DNA from: a virus
Lineage: Duplodnaviria > Caudoviricetes
IMG/VR virus record: IMGVR_UViG_3300028591_000081
Span: 128,001 to 192,000 of that record
DNA: 64,000 nt
Reading direction: 5' to 3' (one strand)
Part shown: positions 23,383-33,747 of the stretch, piece after piece
How positions within the stretch are numbered: the first letter of the stretch is position 1
Layout: every line of letters starts with the position of its first letter
Made by a program: the position numbers and the translations under genes
Notes under the pieces: model-generated
What the model was told of the DNA's origin: nothing
Database searches by the model: none
Seen by the model: the letters and a program-made list of their open reading frames with translations, nothing else

Positions 23383-25077
23383 ATGGCATCACGGTTACAA
23401 GGAAGAGATTACACAACAATCCGTCGTGAACTGATTGACATGGTTCGGGAACGCGCCCCTAGGGACTGGAACCCTGCCAACATTGCAGACCCAATGATCG
23501 CAGTCATCGAATCCATAGCCATCGCCGCAGACGAACTGCATTATTACATAGACTCGTGGAGACGTGAGTGTGACATGTCCACGGCCATGCTTCAATCAAG
23601 CATTTACTCGTATGCTCTTCGTGAAGGATATTCAATGGTACTACCAAAGGGGGCACGTATCCGTGTCTACATTCAACCGAAACCCGTCCTGACCGAAGAC
23701 GGTGAAGTGGATGAAACCAAGGTTCCTGCTCCTGTGCCTGTAAGTGTTCCAAGATTCTCAAGGTTCTCTGTTGAAGGGGTTTCCTCTGGCCTGTTCGCAG
23801 TTCAGGAGTTCACGAAGGTGGTTTCCTATCATGGCAATCATGTTGTTTCAGACCAATGTGTTGACCTTGTCGCAGGAGACTTCAAAACCGTGAGCTTCAA
23901 TTACTCAGACATTGATGCATACTCGCGTATAGAGCTTCCAGAGCCTTACATCGACGGAGACCTGTTTGAGCTTTCTGTAACTACCCCGGAAAGCGGAACC
24001 TCTGTGTGGACTCCAGTGAAGGATGTCGTTACGGAAGGTATGCGTGGGAACATTTACAGCCTTGTTCCGTCCTTTGTTTCAGGGGCGACGCGCCTGTACA
24101 TCGAGTTCCCAATCAATTACCGAAACATCCTGTCCTCTACACGTGTATCCTTTGTGTTCAAGTACATTGCTGTCAGCGAGATAAACAAGGCTCTTCCTCT
24201 TGAGATCACATCATCTGCCGTCAACTCTGAACTGTTAGACATTCAGGCATCAGACGAACTCAAGGGATATACTGGATATGAAAGTGCAGACTCTGTTCGC
24301 CGAAATTACCCGGTGTTTACCAGAGACTTCACAGCCCTCCTGACAAAACAGGATTACCGTCTTTACCTGTCATACCGTTACGGTGGAAGAATCCTCGTTT
24401 ACGACAAACAGGATGAGTATGACTCGGTGGATTACGGTACTGGGATGTTCGGCCTGTGGGAACGTAGTATCTATGTCGTGTGTGAACTGCCCTACGAAGC
24501 CCGGGAACTGGCCAGACAAGATTTGGTGAAACGTTCGTCCCGCTCTGACATGATATGGATGGTTCCTTTTGGGTATTATCGGTACGGTGTCCTTGTCGTG
24601 GTCATGGCAGACCTCTCATCGGTATCTGAGGATGAGATTGAACTTCTTGTCGAACAGGCAATTCTGAACAAATATAACGGAACGGACGAAATTCGCGGCC
24701 CTTCAGATTCCGTGACTATGCACACGGTTCATAGTGCAAGCCAGTACGTGGACACAGTTCGGGTGTTTACCTTCAGATACACCAGCTCACAATTCCAGTC
24801 TATCGTTGAGATGGAAAAGCCATCCATGAAGCATAACGGACTAAACGATTTCATTGCCACGCTGTCACCTGACTACAACTACACCATGGGAAACCACATG
24901 CCGAAACAGGTGTCGAATTTCGGGTCTTATCAGGAGGCGATACTGACGTGGAATGCCGGATACGATTCTCCAGACATTGATGAGTATGACGACCAAGAGC
25001 ACTGGGCAGAATACGAAGAAACACACTTCCTGATTCCTTTCTGTCAAAAAGTTGTTGTGTGGTCTTACTCAGTCTAG
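23383..25077 (+). CDS. Baseplate wedge protein, gp6/Baseplate J-like
   Basis: GRDYTTIRRELIDMV..DWN, AADELHYYID..RE, ESADSVRRNYP..LLTKQDY; follows gp25-like gene. Confidence 0.8.
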   Translation: MASRLQGRDYTTIRRELIDMVRERAPRDWNPANIADPMIAVIESIAIAADELHYYIDSWRRECDMSTAMLQSSIYSYALREGYSMVLPKGARIRVYIQPKPVLTEDGEVDETKVPAPVPVSVPRFSRFSVEGVSSGLFAVQEFTKVVSYHGNHVVSDQCVDLVAGDFKTVSFNYSDIDAYSRIELPEPYIDGDLFELSVTTPESGTSVWTPVKDVVTEGMRGNIYSLVPSFVSGATRLYIEFPINYRNILSSTRVSFVFKYIAVSEINKALPLEITSSAVNSELLDIQASDELKGYTGYESADSVRRNYPVFTRDFTALLTKQDYRLYLSYRYGGRILVYDKQDEYDSVDYGTGMFGLWERSIYVVCELPYEARELARQDLVKRSSRSDMIWMVPFGYYRYGVLVVVMADLSSVSEDEIELLVEQAILNKYNGTDEIRGPSDSVTMHTVHSASQYVDTVRVFTFRYTSSQFQSIVEMEKPSMKHNGLNDFIATLSPDYNYTMGNHMPKQVSNFGSYQEAILTWNAGYDSPDIDEYDDQEHWAEYEETHFLIPFCQKVVVWSYSV

Positions 25078-25104
25078 GACTTCATCAGGTAGGGAGAGAT
25101 TTCC

Positions 25105-26463
25105 ATGAGAGCCATGACTCCATATCTGGCAGAACACCTGCCAATCATCGAATACCTGATTGAGGAATTCCGACTGTCCATAAAAGATCATGCGATGGAG
25201 CTTGGGGACTACCTCAATCTGTACACACTGGATAAAGAGCTTATACGGGCCAAGCTGTCTATGCTCGGTCTTGAGGTAGGTATCCTTGAGGAGTCTTGGC
25301 AACCCACGGCCCTGTTCTACAAAATTTATCGCCGCCTCATACGGAATCGTTCTACCACAGGGTCAGTCCAGACACTTGCACGAACCGGGGGTCAGCTTGA
25401 AGCCTTGTACCGAACCGTAGATGATGTGGATTACTACACCTCACTCAAAGTCTATCGAGACTATCAGGCTCCACATTTGTTCGGAAAAGATGGGTACTTC
25501 TACATGGTGTACAACCCGAAATACCCACTGTCAGGCAATGCTCTTGTGACGAAGATGCTTCCTGCCGGATACTGCTTTGCTTGTGTCACGGAATTTTATG
25601 GTTTCGACTCGCAAGAAATCTTCGAGGGAGATTCCCTTATCGACGACGGTCGTGTGTACATTTCGGACTTCCCAGATGAGACGGAAAACAAGTGTGACTT
25701 GATTGACGACGGTCACGTATTTGAACGTTACGCGCTGGACAACATAAAAGGAATCATGCCCCAGCATGACATGGGCTGGTCGTTCGGAGGGTTGGCAATC
25801 CGAGACAAAACGTTCGGAGACTTGTTCCGTGAAAGAGATGTCAGAACCCAGCCCATGAACCGGTCTTGGACAGAACTTCTGAATCATGCTGGCGAAACTC
25901 GATACAATGAAGCTCATCATCGAGATCATGCTTTCCTGATGAACAAACGTGATGACGGCCTCATTATCACGGATTCCATGCAGTACCACAAAGACTTGAT
26001 TATTGCAGAGCGTCAGGAATTTGACATCCTTCATTACGGGGTATCCATTTTTGAGGATACGGAAACATTCGCCTTTGAGGTCACGCCTATACCGAATGCG
26101 ACCGTAACTACTAATGAAGGGACATACACGGACTTAGGTTCCTTTGGTTCTGAAAGCATCGAAACCCTATGGCCTCTATCAATGAGAGTGCTGGCCGGGT
26201 ATTCTTCTGATACGGAACTTGAAAATGTTGCCGACATTATGCCTTCTCCCTTGCATGTAAACTTGGGTGAGATTGATGAACTGCCAGTCACTTCAAACAA
26301 TCCGGTCAATGTTACTGTACAAGACAACGACACGTACAGCAGGGAGTACGAAACGTCCATTACTGTGAACATAGAGCCTTCAAGAACAAATGTTGTGAAC
26401 GTCTCCATGAGGAATAACGACGCATACAGCAAGGAATATGAAGAGACCCTTACCATCCCCTAA
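25105..26463 (+). CDS. Putative baseplate wedge subunit (gp7/tail I position)
   Basis: Synteny between J-like gene and fibre; KIYRRLIRNRST..SV and MLPAG motifs; C-terminal duplicated unit. Confidence 0.5.
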   Translation: MRAMTPYLAEHLPIIEYLIEEFRLSIKDHAMELGDYLNLYTLDKELIRAKLSMLGLEVGILEESWQPTALFYKIYRRLIRNRSTTGSVQTLARTGGQLEALYRTVDDVDYYTSLKVYRDYQAPHLFGKDGYFYMVYNPKYPLSGNALVTKMLPAGYCFACVTEFYGFDSQEIFEGDSLIDDGRVYISDFPDETENKCDLIDDGHVFERYALDNIKGIMPQHDMGWSFGGLAIRDKTFGDLFRERDVRTQPMNRSWTELLNHAGETRYNEAHHRDHAFLMNKRDDGLIITDSMQYHKDLIIAERQEFDILHYGVSIFEDTETFAFEVTPIPNATVTTNEGTYTDLGSFGSESIETLWPLSMRVLAGYSSDTELENVADIMPSPLHVNLGEIDELPVTSNNPVNVTVQDNDTYSREYETSITVNIEPSRTNVVNVSMRNNDAYSKEYEETLTIP

Positions 26464-26482
26464 TCCTAAAGAGTGAGAGATT

Positions 26483-28039
26483 ATGCCTGAATATATCACA
26501 GCCTCGATAAGCCTTACCAGTGTCGGTAAGAATGTTCTCGCCTCAGCATGGGGTTTCGATTCCGTGTCTGGCAGATTCGTCTTTCGCGGGATTACCTTCA
26601 CAGGCGGGGGTGCCAGCCACAGCCCTATCACCCTGTCACAGGAAAATCCAAACATAGACGTTTCTCTAATGACTGAGGGTACTGGCCGGGTTACGAACAT
26701 TTCAACCGTAGGGAATCGTATTCGTATCATTGTTCGCTACGAACCTTGTCCAGAACCGATCAGGACTTTCACACTTCACTGTATGCACAATGGCGGTAAT
26801 GTTGTCTTTGCCGTCTGTAACACCATTGACGCAATCAGCGTCCAAAACTACACAACCGTCTGTTTTGCCTTTGAGGTAGACAATTCAGAAAATGGAGCTT
26901 TGGATTTTGGTCACGGGGCCATTTATGGGGTTACTGCGGAAGACCTGTCTGCTCTTGCAACGGACTTGGGCCAGAGTATTGCCTTGGTGCAGAGCAACGT
27001 TGACAACCTTGCATCCAGCCTTGCACAGCTTCAGGAAGGAGCCTCTCTTAACACCGTGACTTGTACCACGCTTCAGGCCAACAGCGGCACTTTTGAAGAA
27101 GTATCTACTAGGAAATTACTGGCCGACTACATAGAGCCGAAAACGCATGATGTCTACACGAACATCGGAAGCATTGACCATCCTTACGGATTCATTGGGT
27201 CGGATGTGTATTTGGGTAGACAGGCCAATTTGAAAAACTTTTCAAGGAACCCGTCGGTTGCCGTGAAGTACCCCATCGGTGATGATGGGAGATGGGTAGA
27301 CGAGAACAAGGCCCCGGACGCAGTGTTTTATAAGGTATCCAGTGCGATCTCTAGTGATGTCGTAGAGCGTTCCGAGATAAAGCTGGAAGGCAGTACCAAC
27401 ACTCAGGGAACCGAGGCCGCAAAGCTCACCTTGTCCGCACACAATGCCCAGAATACAATGAATGTCGTCATTACTCCGGAGAAAGTTCGTCTGGAAGGGA
27501 ATACAGAAGTCACCAACTACCTTGTGACGGACACAATGAAAGTGACTTCTTCCGGGGTAATAGGTTCCGTTCGTATTTCTGAGAACACAATAGGTATGGC
27601 GTCTGTAACGAGATTGGGAGGAGACTCTTATTCTACCAACCCCTTAGGGGAAATCTACGTCATTGGTAGAATGCTTCCCAAACACAGCACGTTCAGCCTA
27701 CTTGGTGACGACGAACACAGGTGGAAGTCCTTTCTCTCCACAGCCAACGTCGAAGGTCTTCAGTTCAAAACTCCTCCTGCAATCACTGAAGTCGGTGGAC
27801 GCTATATACGCTATATCACCTTCCCCGTAGGGTGCCCTGCGTTTTTGTACTGCAATACCAACGACGTTGCAGTCCCTAACGAAATTGATGGGGGAACCCT
27901 TGAGCTAATTATATGGAGGGATAGGGGTAGTGCCACCGCCATCCCAACGACAAGTATCACCTACAAAACCAAAAACAAATTCATTGTGCTTTCAAGTGCC
28001 GTTGCCGGAAGACCCTTCCTAGCCATCTGTATTGGGTAG
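26483..28039 (+). CDS. Tail fibre-like protein
   Basis: N-terminal LTSVGKNVLA, coiled coil, spike-type motifs NIGSIDHPY and LLGDDEHRWK. Confidence 0.6.
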   Translation: MPEYITASISLTSVGKNVLASAWGFDSVSGRFVFRGITFTGGGASHSPITLSQENPNIDVSLMTEGTGRVTNISTVGNRIRIIVRYEPCPEPIRTFTLHCMHNGGNVVFAVCNTIDAISVQNYTTVCFAFEVDNSENGALDFGHGAIYGVTAEDLSALATDLGQSIALVQSNVDNLASSLAQLQEGASLNTVTCTTLQANSGTFEEVSTRKLLADYIEPKTHDVYTNIGSIDHPYGFIGSDVYLGRQANLKNFSRNPSVAVKYPIGDDGRWVDENKAPDAVFYKVSSAISSDVVERSEIKLEGSTNTQGTEAAKLTLSAHNAQNTMNVVITPEKVRLEGNTEVTNYLVTDTMKVTSSGVIGSVRISENTIGMASVTRLGGDSYSTNPLGEIYVIGRMLPKHSTFSLLGDDEHRWKSFLSTANVEGLQFKTPPAITEVGGRYIRYITFPVGCPAFLYCNTNDVAVPNEIDGGTLELIIWRDRGSATAIPTTSITYKTKNKFIVLSSAVAGRPFLAICIG

Positions 28040-28043
28040 TATC

Positions 28044-28925
28044 ATGGACAAGCCTTACCTTTCAGAAGTGTATTGCGTCACAAAGACACGCCGTTTGCAA
28101 GACTTCAAAGACTGGATGACATGGTACACCAAGGTCGTCCCGTTCGATCACATTGTCATTTACGACAACGAGAGCTTTGTGGACATAAAGTCTGTGTGCG
28201 ATCAGTATGGAGATCTGGTGGAGTACTATCGCGTGGACGGATTCCCTGAGAGGTACAAAATCAATACCCACCATTCCAATCAGCGATCAAGAGCCAAATG
28301 GACAATACCTCTGGATGACGACGAGTTCCTTTACATCGGAGAACAGTTTGACCATTCGGTAAACAAGTTCCTGACGTATATGGAAGAGACCTACCCTACC
28401 TGCAAAAAGATCGCGGTCATGTGGATAAACATGATTGCCGAACATCCTGTGGAAAGCCGCGATGACAGCACTCCTGCACTGGTGGAGACAAACCTGTTTC
28501 ATAACCGTAGAGCGTTCAATCGGGCCACACCGTACAGAGCAAGAAGGATGGAAGGATGGATCAAATGCTTCGTGGACACGTCATGCGGGAACTGGGTGTA
28601 CAACATATACAACGGGCATACGTACAATCAGGGGCATAACCCTACTTTCTTCGAGGGTACTGATGTGATGGCATACTTCGTCAATGGGGAGAAAAGCCTC
28701 CAAAGCTGTATCCCGACGCGCCTTCCTGATGATCAGGCATTTGTGGGTCATTACAGTTTAAGGTCTCGGCAAGAATGGTTATACAAGTGCTCCATCCCAT
28801 GCTCAGGCGTCATTACCCAGAATCTTAAATCCCTGTCGAATCTGTACGATGACGTGTACAAGTCAGATAAGTTGTTTGAAAAACTTACCGTACTCAAAGA
28901 TTTGTGGACAGAAAAAACCAAGTAG
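28044..28925 (+). CDS. Glycosyltransferase (GT-A fold, GT2/GT92-like)
   Basis: FDHIVIYDNES, WTIPLDDDEFL, IKCFV, HY..RS..EW..K. Confidence 0.85.
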   Translation: MDKPYLSEVYCVTKTRRLQDFKDWMTWYTKVVPFDHIVIYDNESFVDIKSVCDQYGDLVEYYRVDGFPERYKINTHHSNQRSRAKWTIPLDDDEFLYIGEQFDHSVNKFLTYMEETYPTCKKIAVMWINMIAEHPVESRDDSTPALVETNLFHNRRAFNRATPYRARRMEGWIKCFVDTSCGNWVYNIYNGHTYNQGHNPTFFEGTDVMAYFVNGEKSLQSCIPTRLPDDQAFVGHYSLRSRQEWLYKCSIPCSGVITQNLKSLSNLYDDVYKSDKLFEKLTVLKDLWTEKTK

Positions 28926-29009
28926 ACTACACTGGAACGTGTTGACCGCAGACGCATCTATGCGCACACAGGGTGCCGACAGAAATGCGAATGCAAGCCC
29001 ATAAGGAGA

Positions 29010-30209
29010 ATGAATATGGGTACTGAAAACAAAGAAGCTCCCTCTGTATTTGTACGTCCAAAGAACTCGACAGGTGAAGACGTGAAAAAGAGGACAAGAA
29101 GCAAGCAGGAAGCCTTCACCATTGGCCGTATCAGAGGTGTCGTTCTTGGCGAAAAAACCTACTTCATGTGTGGAGATGTGCCGTTCGCCCCTCTTCCGAT
29201 TTACAATGAGTACAGTCAGGACATCAAGCTGTCTGACAGAGTCTGTGAAGAGTTTGGAATCGACACAAGTCAGAAAACGGTGCATGTGTATGAGAAGGAA
29301 CGCCTGAAGACTTTGCTGTCAGGCATCTACCCTCGGATCTACAAGAACGAGAAAAACGGAAACTTTCAACCCACGCCGGAGGGTGTCCGTATGCTCTTGG
29401 ACTTTTATCGTCTGTACATAGAGCTGTTTGGATATCTTCCATTACATCCACCCATCAACCGGGCTACTGAATGGCTTTTCAGAATCATTCTGATGTGCAT
29501 CTACGCTCACCAAAATGACGCGGAGAACACAAGAAAAATCGCTGAGTTCATTCGGAAGATGGGAAATGACAAGGGGTTCTTTACGGTTCAAGACGAGATG
29601 ACTCTGAATCAGAATCTAAGAAGCAGTGACCAGCCGTTATGGGCCTCTGTAATACAGATGGTTTGTCGTTCCTACGATTTGATTTGCAGAAATCGTACAG
29701 AGATTTTCAAAGTTTTCGCAGACTTCGAAAACACCTACAACTCCACCATTGAAAAGTCATATCAGTTCTGTGAAATCGGAGCGGGATGCGGAAGGGCCGT
29801 GGTAGGCTATCTCGATATTCAGGGCGATTACAACTACTCCGTCTACGTATGCATCTCAAACGGAAAGAACGATGCCCCCCCTCATGTTCATGTTACACGA
29901 TGTTCCAAACATAAGGATGATGGAGAATACGACTGGGACCTTCGATTCTCTTTGGTAGATGGAGGTGTGTTCCCGGTTGAGGAATGGAGATGTGAACCCG
30001 GAGAAATCGAAAAGGTGTGCTTGGCCCTGCACAATCTGATGCACAAGATCCAGCCCTATGGATACCCGTCGAAGTCTGAATACCTTACTGGATACGAACG
30101 TAGTCTGCAAGTTGGATGGAATAAAGAGGTCGAGAGAAAACTGACTTCCAACCCTATACCAAAGTTTTTCCCAAAACATGTCACCAAGACTGTGCAAGCA
30201 AACCAATAA
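29010..30209 (+). CDS. Hypothetical protein with Bro-N-like N-terminus and DUF4160-like C-terminus
   Basis: IGRIRGVVLGEKTYFMCGDV; NDAPPHVHV. Confidence 0.5.
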   Translation: MNMGTENKEAPSVFVRPKNSTGEDVKKRTRSKQEAFTIGRIRGVVLGEKTYFMCGDVPFAPLPIYNEYSQDIKLSDRVCEEFGIDTSQKTVHVYEKERLKTLLSGIYPRIYKNEKNGNFQPTPEGVRMLLDFYRLYIELFGYLPLHPPINRATEWLFRIILMCIYAHQNDAENTRKIAEFIRKMGNDKGFFTVQDEMTLNQNLRSSDQPLWASVIQMVCRSYDLICRNRTEIFKVFADFENTYNSTIEKSYQFCEIGAGCGRAVVGYLDIQGDYNYSVYVCISNGKNDAPPHVHVTRCSKHKDDGEYDWDLRFSLVDGGVFPVEEWRCEPGEIEKVCLALHNLMHKIQPYGYPSKSEYLTGYERSLQVGWNKEVERKLTSNPIPKFFPKHVTKTVQANQ

Positions 30210-30448
30210 CGCCAATTTCGGCGATTTACTTGGAGGCTGTTATGCTTAGACGCGTGAGACACGAGAGAAGTGAGAAAACTTTGAGAAACGAATCCATGCT
30301 TCCTGCGTACAAAAAGGACGGGTGACGTGTTTTCCATGCTAGAGAGATTGTATGGGACTGACACGGAGGATGAACTGGATTGGGACAAAATCTTTAGACT
30401 GGTAAACGATCTTGACGAGGCCATTAAATTTTAATGGTAAACACCTAC

Positions 30449-30494
30449 AAAAGGTTGCATGAATGCTGGAGTTCATGCAACCTTTATGTTTTTT
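30449..30494. terminator. Bidirectional terminator
   Basis: AAAGGTTGCATGAA/TTCATGCAACCTTT between convergent genes. Confidence 0.75.
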
Positions 30495-30516
30495 GGGCTT
30501 TGCGAACACCATGATT

Positions 30517-33500
30517 TTATAAGGTGTTCGCCGGGACATCTACCACGTAAAGTTTGTCCGTGGAATTCCCGATGGCCAGTAGGAGTACAATGTCCCCTAC
30601 CTTCAGGAACGTGTCGGAATCCAGATCATACCTCCAAGGCATCTGGCTATGAGGCTTCTCCGTAAGCGACACGTCATACTCTCCCATGGACGTTGACAAA
30701 GACATGGAAGGCCCTATTGCAGAAGACAGAGCCGAAACTAAGGAAGCATCGAGTCCGCCAGCCAAAGAGTCAAAGGTGTCGTTGATCTTGTTGGCCGCAT
30801 CTCCAAGAGAAGAGAGAGTTCCCATCACATCAGAAACAGCGGACAGGCCGCCAAGCATGTCTTTCACTCGGTTCAGCAATTTCTCCAAATCCACCACCTT
30901 GCTTGCGGCATCTCCCATCTTGGACATGACGTTCTTCAGGGTATCGCTGAACGCTTCTGCATACTCCGAAACATCAGACACCGTGTCTTCCATGTAGGAA
31001 ACAAGTCTGTCCATGGTCTTCTGAACCGTATCGCTACGCAACGGTTCTTCGAGATTGACCGTAACCCAGTCTACTGCGTCAAAGGCTTTGTGCATAGCAT
31101 CCTTGCACTTGTCCATGGTAGATTTCACGACCTTCTCGGACTCGCTGACGATCTCCTGCAAAGAATGATACTTCTCTGTCTTTCCTTCCCACACAATGTC
31201 TACCTTCTCCCGAACAGACATTCGTACTGGGTAGCGGTCTGCACGAACCGACCCGTTGATAAGCGCGTCTGCACCTTTCTGGTACGATGTGTAGGATACC
31301 AGCTCTTTACAGGCACTCCGATGAATGGTTGTCTTCTTGCTGTATGAGGTGTCGATTTTTTGGACGTTTCCGGCCAGCTTGTAACCCCCGTCTTCCTTCA
31401 TCAGCATGACATCACAAAAATGAGAGGCTCCTTCCCACTCCGCACGCTGAACAAAACAGAAGTCCGACATGTCTACCTCGGCGTCGTTATCCGAGTCCTT
31501 CCACACGACCGAACCGGCATAAGGGATGATGGAATTGAGTTCGACAAACACAGGCTCAGATACTTCACGCAACACTGCGGTACCGTCTTCATTCAGAATC
31601 ACATCCCCATCATCATCGGTCTCAGCTTCCAAGTAGGTGTTCCAATAAAACACCCCGTCAGCGTTTCCGTTCTTGTCTTTGGAGGTCGGTAACACCGCGT
31701 CGTAATAAATCGTGTTGCCTGTTGCCGGAATAGGAACAGCACACAGATACCTCAAATCCTTTGCCATGAAGTATCCGTTGCATTTTGAAAAGTCGATACC
31801 CTCTGACGGAAGGATATTAAAGCTCTCAAGTTCATCCCTTGTAAACACCTTCACGGTTCCATCGGCTCGTTTCATCGAGAATTTCAATCCGTTTGTCGAA
31901 GCGTACTTCCATGTCTGCCCGTCAGCCGGGGTATCTTCAAGCTCGATTTCCACGACGCGAAGGTGGTCTTCTCCAGTAACGTTATAACGGTACATGCCCC
32001 ACCCTGTAAGAACTTTGGCCTGTGATTTGTTGACCGTATAATAATCCTTCGTAGCATCCAGCTTTCCGCTGTTCACCAGATACGTGAAGTATTCTGCATT
32101 TATCAGGTTGAAGGGTAGGAACTGCATTGTGAAGGAACCACTGTTTCTGACTTCCATGTAGGTCTTTTTCTTTGACTTGTACTGATTATAGTCCAAGACA
32201 TTCAGGTAGGTGGCCACGCATATTTCCAGCATCATCCCAGTCTGAGGATCCGAAAACACGTAAGCAGACGCTTTCCTCCGCTTCATGTTGGCATCATCAG
32301 AAGTTCCAGCTAAATACGTGTGGAACGCTGTACCGTCTTGTGCAGTAAGCTGAAGAGGGTTGAATTTTCCGTACTCCAACTGACTGTACCTCGGCCCACC
32401 ATTGACCAGCTCATAAACACTTGTCAATAGGTCACTGATGGCATAACGAATCAGTGCCGAGCAGTATGTCCAATACTCCAAAGGATACTTTGAAATGGAA
32501 CCGTCCGACCATGTGATCTGTACCATTGAGGTAAGTCCAGTAGAACCCATGTGTGGATTTTCTGAGACATTTTCAAATCCTTTAGACACAACCGACGGGA
32601 ACATGGAATTGCTGTTTGTAATGTATGGCTGACCGTTGGTATCCCATAGAATATCCGAAGTGATACCCAGAAGGTCACACAGGAAGGTGAAAGTATTTTT
32701 ATCCACGCGCTGGCCGATGCTGACGGTTCCTTTTACTGTCGATTCGAGAACCTTGACAATCTCACCTTCCACAACGTCTCTCTGAGATGTTGAAAGCATC
32801 AGGGTTTCCTGTAACTTCTCCAGCGTTTTCGTCACAGCATTACTTGGCGTATCCGGACTCGTCATCAAGGATTCACCGTAGGCTTTCAGTTTTAGTAACG
32901 GCACCGAAAGATGCCCCATGAACTTGTCCACGAGAGATTTCATGTTGTACCGAGTCCAGTTCTGCATATTGTACAATACCGCGTAGTTCGGCAGGGATCC
33001 GAACCTAGATTTGGTATTGGCGAACAGTCCTGTCCATTTACCAGTTCCATCACTGCTTGTGTATGCATAGCCACGAACAGGGTCGTAGTAGCCATTGGTG
33101 GCTACTACGCGTCCATTCTTGTCTTCAGTGTATGCCGACATGCCGAGATAAAAACTCGTCAACAACTCGCTGAGCATACTCTGACACTCTTCCTGCAACG
33201 AGTTTGACGGAATCATCAGATCGTTCACCTCACTGTGGAACGTGTCGAGGTCTGAAATCATGTCTTTCACAGTATCCGGCAATGCCTTTATCTGCTCTCC
33301 GACATCCGTACTCATCAACCAGTCCATCTTCGAGAGAGAACGAAGCGAAAAGTCTCCCTTGAAGGCTTCCATGACGTTAGGGAACATTCCGGACAACTCG
33401 GATATCAACATCTCAACTAACTTGTCCTTCCCTTTGTCAAACAAGGAACGAATCTTCTCTTTTACCTTATCCGTAATGAATCCAACCAATTTGTCGATGA

Positions 33501-33747
33501 GTTTGGAGAGAACAGGCTTGATGGCAAGACTAGCGGCAAGACGTGCAGGGCCGGGCAGTTTCTGAATCACAGGCATAAGGATTTCAGCTACGATTCGAAC
33601 CAGCTTTTTCTTAACCTTTCTCAGGGGTGGTGCAAGATGCTTGTCGATGACCGACTTGATCTGTGAACGTATCTTCTCAATGGCCTCGTTGTAAATGTTC
33701 GCGAGCTTCTGCGTTATGGGAGACACGATACCCATAATGACCTTCAT
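30517..33747 (-). CDS. Large virion protein; C-terminal part of a putative spike (gp5/gpV OB-fold) protein
   Basis: C-terminal FLKVGDIVLLLAIGNSTDKLYVVDV resembles the second half of spike OB-folds; overlaps the upstream ORF by 71 nt. Confidence 0.5.
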   Translation of the reverse strand: MKVIMGIVSPITQKLANIYNEAIEKIRSQIKSVIDKHLAPPLRKVKKKLVRIVAEILMPVIQKLPGPARLAASLAIKPVLSKLIDKLVGFITDKVKEKIRSLFDKGKDKLVEMLISELSGMFPNVMEAFKGDFSLRSLSKMDWLMSTDVGEQIKALPDTVKDMISDLDTFHSEVNDLMIPSNSLQEECQSMLSELLTSFYLGMSAYTEDKNGRVVATNGYYDPVRGYAYTSSDGTGKWTGLFANTKSRFGSLPNYAVLYNMQNWTRYNMKSLVDKFMGHLSVPLLKLKAYGESLMTSPDTPSNAVTKTLEKLQETLMLSTSQRDVVEGEIVKVLESTVKGTVSIGQRVDKNTFTFLCDLLGITSDILWDTNGQPYITNSNSMFPSVVSKGFENVSENPHMGSTGLTSMVQITWSDGSISKYPLEYWTYCSALIRYAISDLLTSVYELVNGGPRYSQLEYGKFNPLQLTAQDGTAFHTYLAGTSDDANMKRRKASAYVFSDPQTGMMLEICVATYLNVLDYNQYKSKKKTYMEVRNSGSFTMQFLPFNLINAEYFTYLVNSGKLDATKDYYTVNKSQAKVLTGWGMYRYNVTGEDHLRVVEIELEDTPADGQTWKYASTNGLKFSMKRADGTVKVFTRDELESFNILPSEGIDFSKCNGYFMAKDLRYLCAVPIPATGNTIYYDAVLPTSKDKNGNADGVFYWNTYLEAETDDDGDVILNEDGTAVLREVSEPVFVELNSIIPYAGSVVWKDSDNDAEVDMSDFCFVQRAEWEGASHFCDVMLMKEDGGYKLAGNVQKIDTSYSKKTTIHRSACKELVSYTSYQKGADALINGSVRADRYPVRMSVREKVDIVWEGKTEKYHSLQEIVSESEKVVKSTMDKCKDAMHKAFDAVDWVTVNLEEPLRSDTVQKTMDRLVSYMEDTVSDVSEYAEAFSDTLKNVMSKMGDAASKVVDLEKLLNRVKDMLGGLSAVSDVMGTLSSLGDAANKINDTFDSLAGGLDASLVSALSSAIGPSMSLSTSMGEYDVSLTEKPHSQMPWRYDLDSDTFLKVGDIVLLLAIGNSTDKLYVVDVPANTL

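Noticed and set aside
5959-28039. Diversity-generating retroelement acting on tail fibres
   Set aside because: No reverse transcriptase and no template/variable repeat pair seen in this window.
28965-29005. GGTGCCGA as another promoter-motif copy
   Set aside because: Mismatched box and no TGnTA at 22-23 nt.
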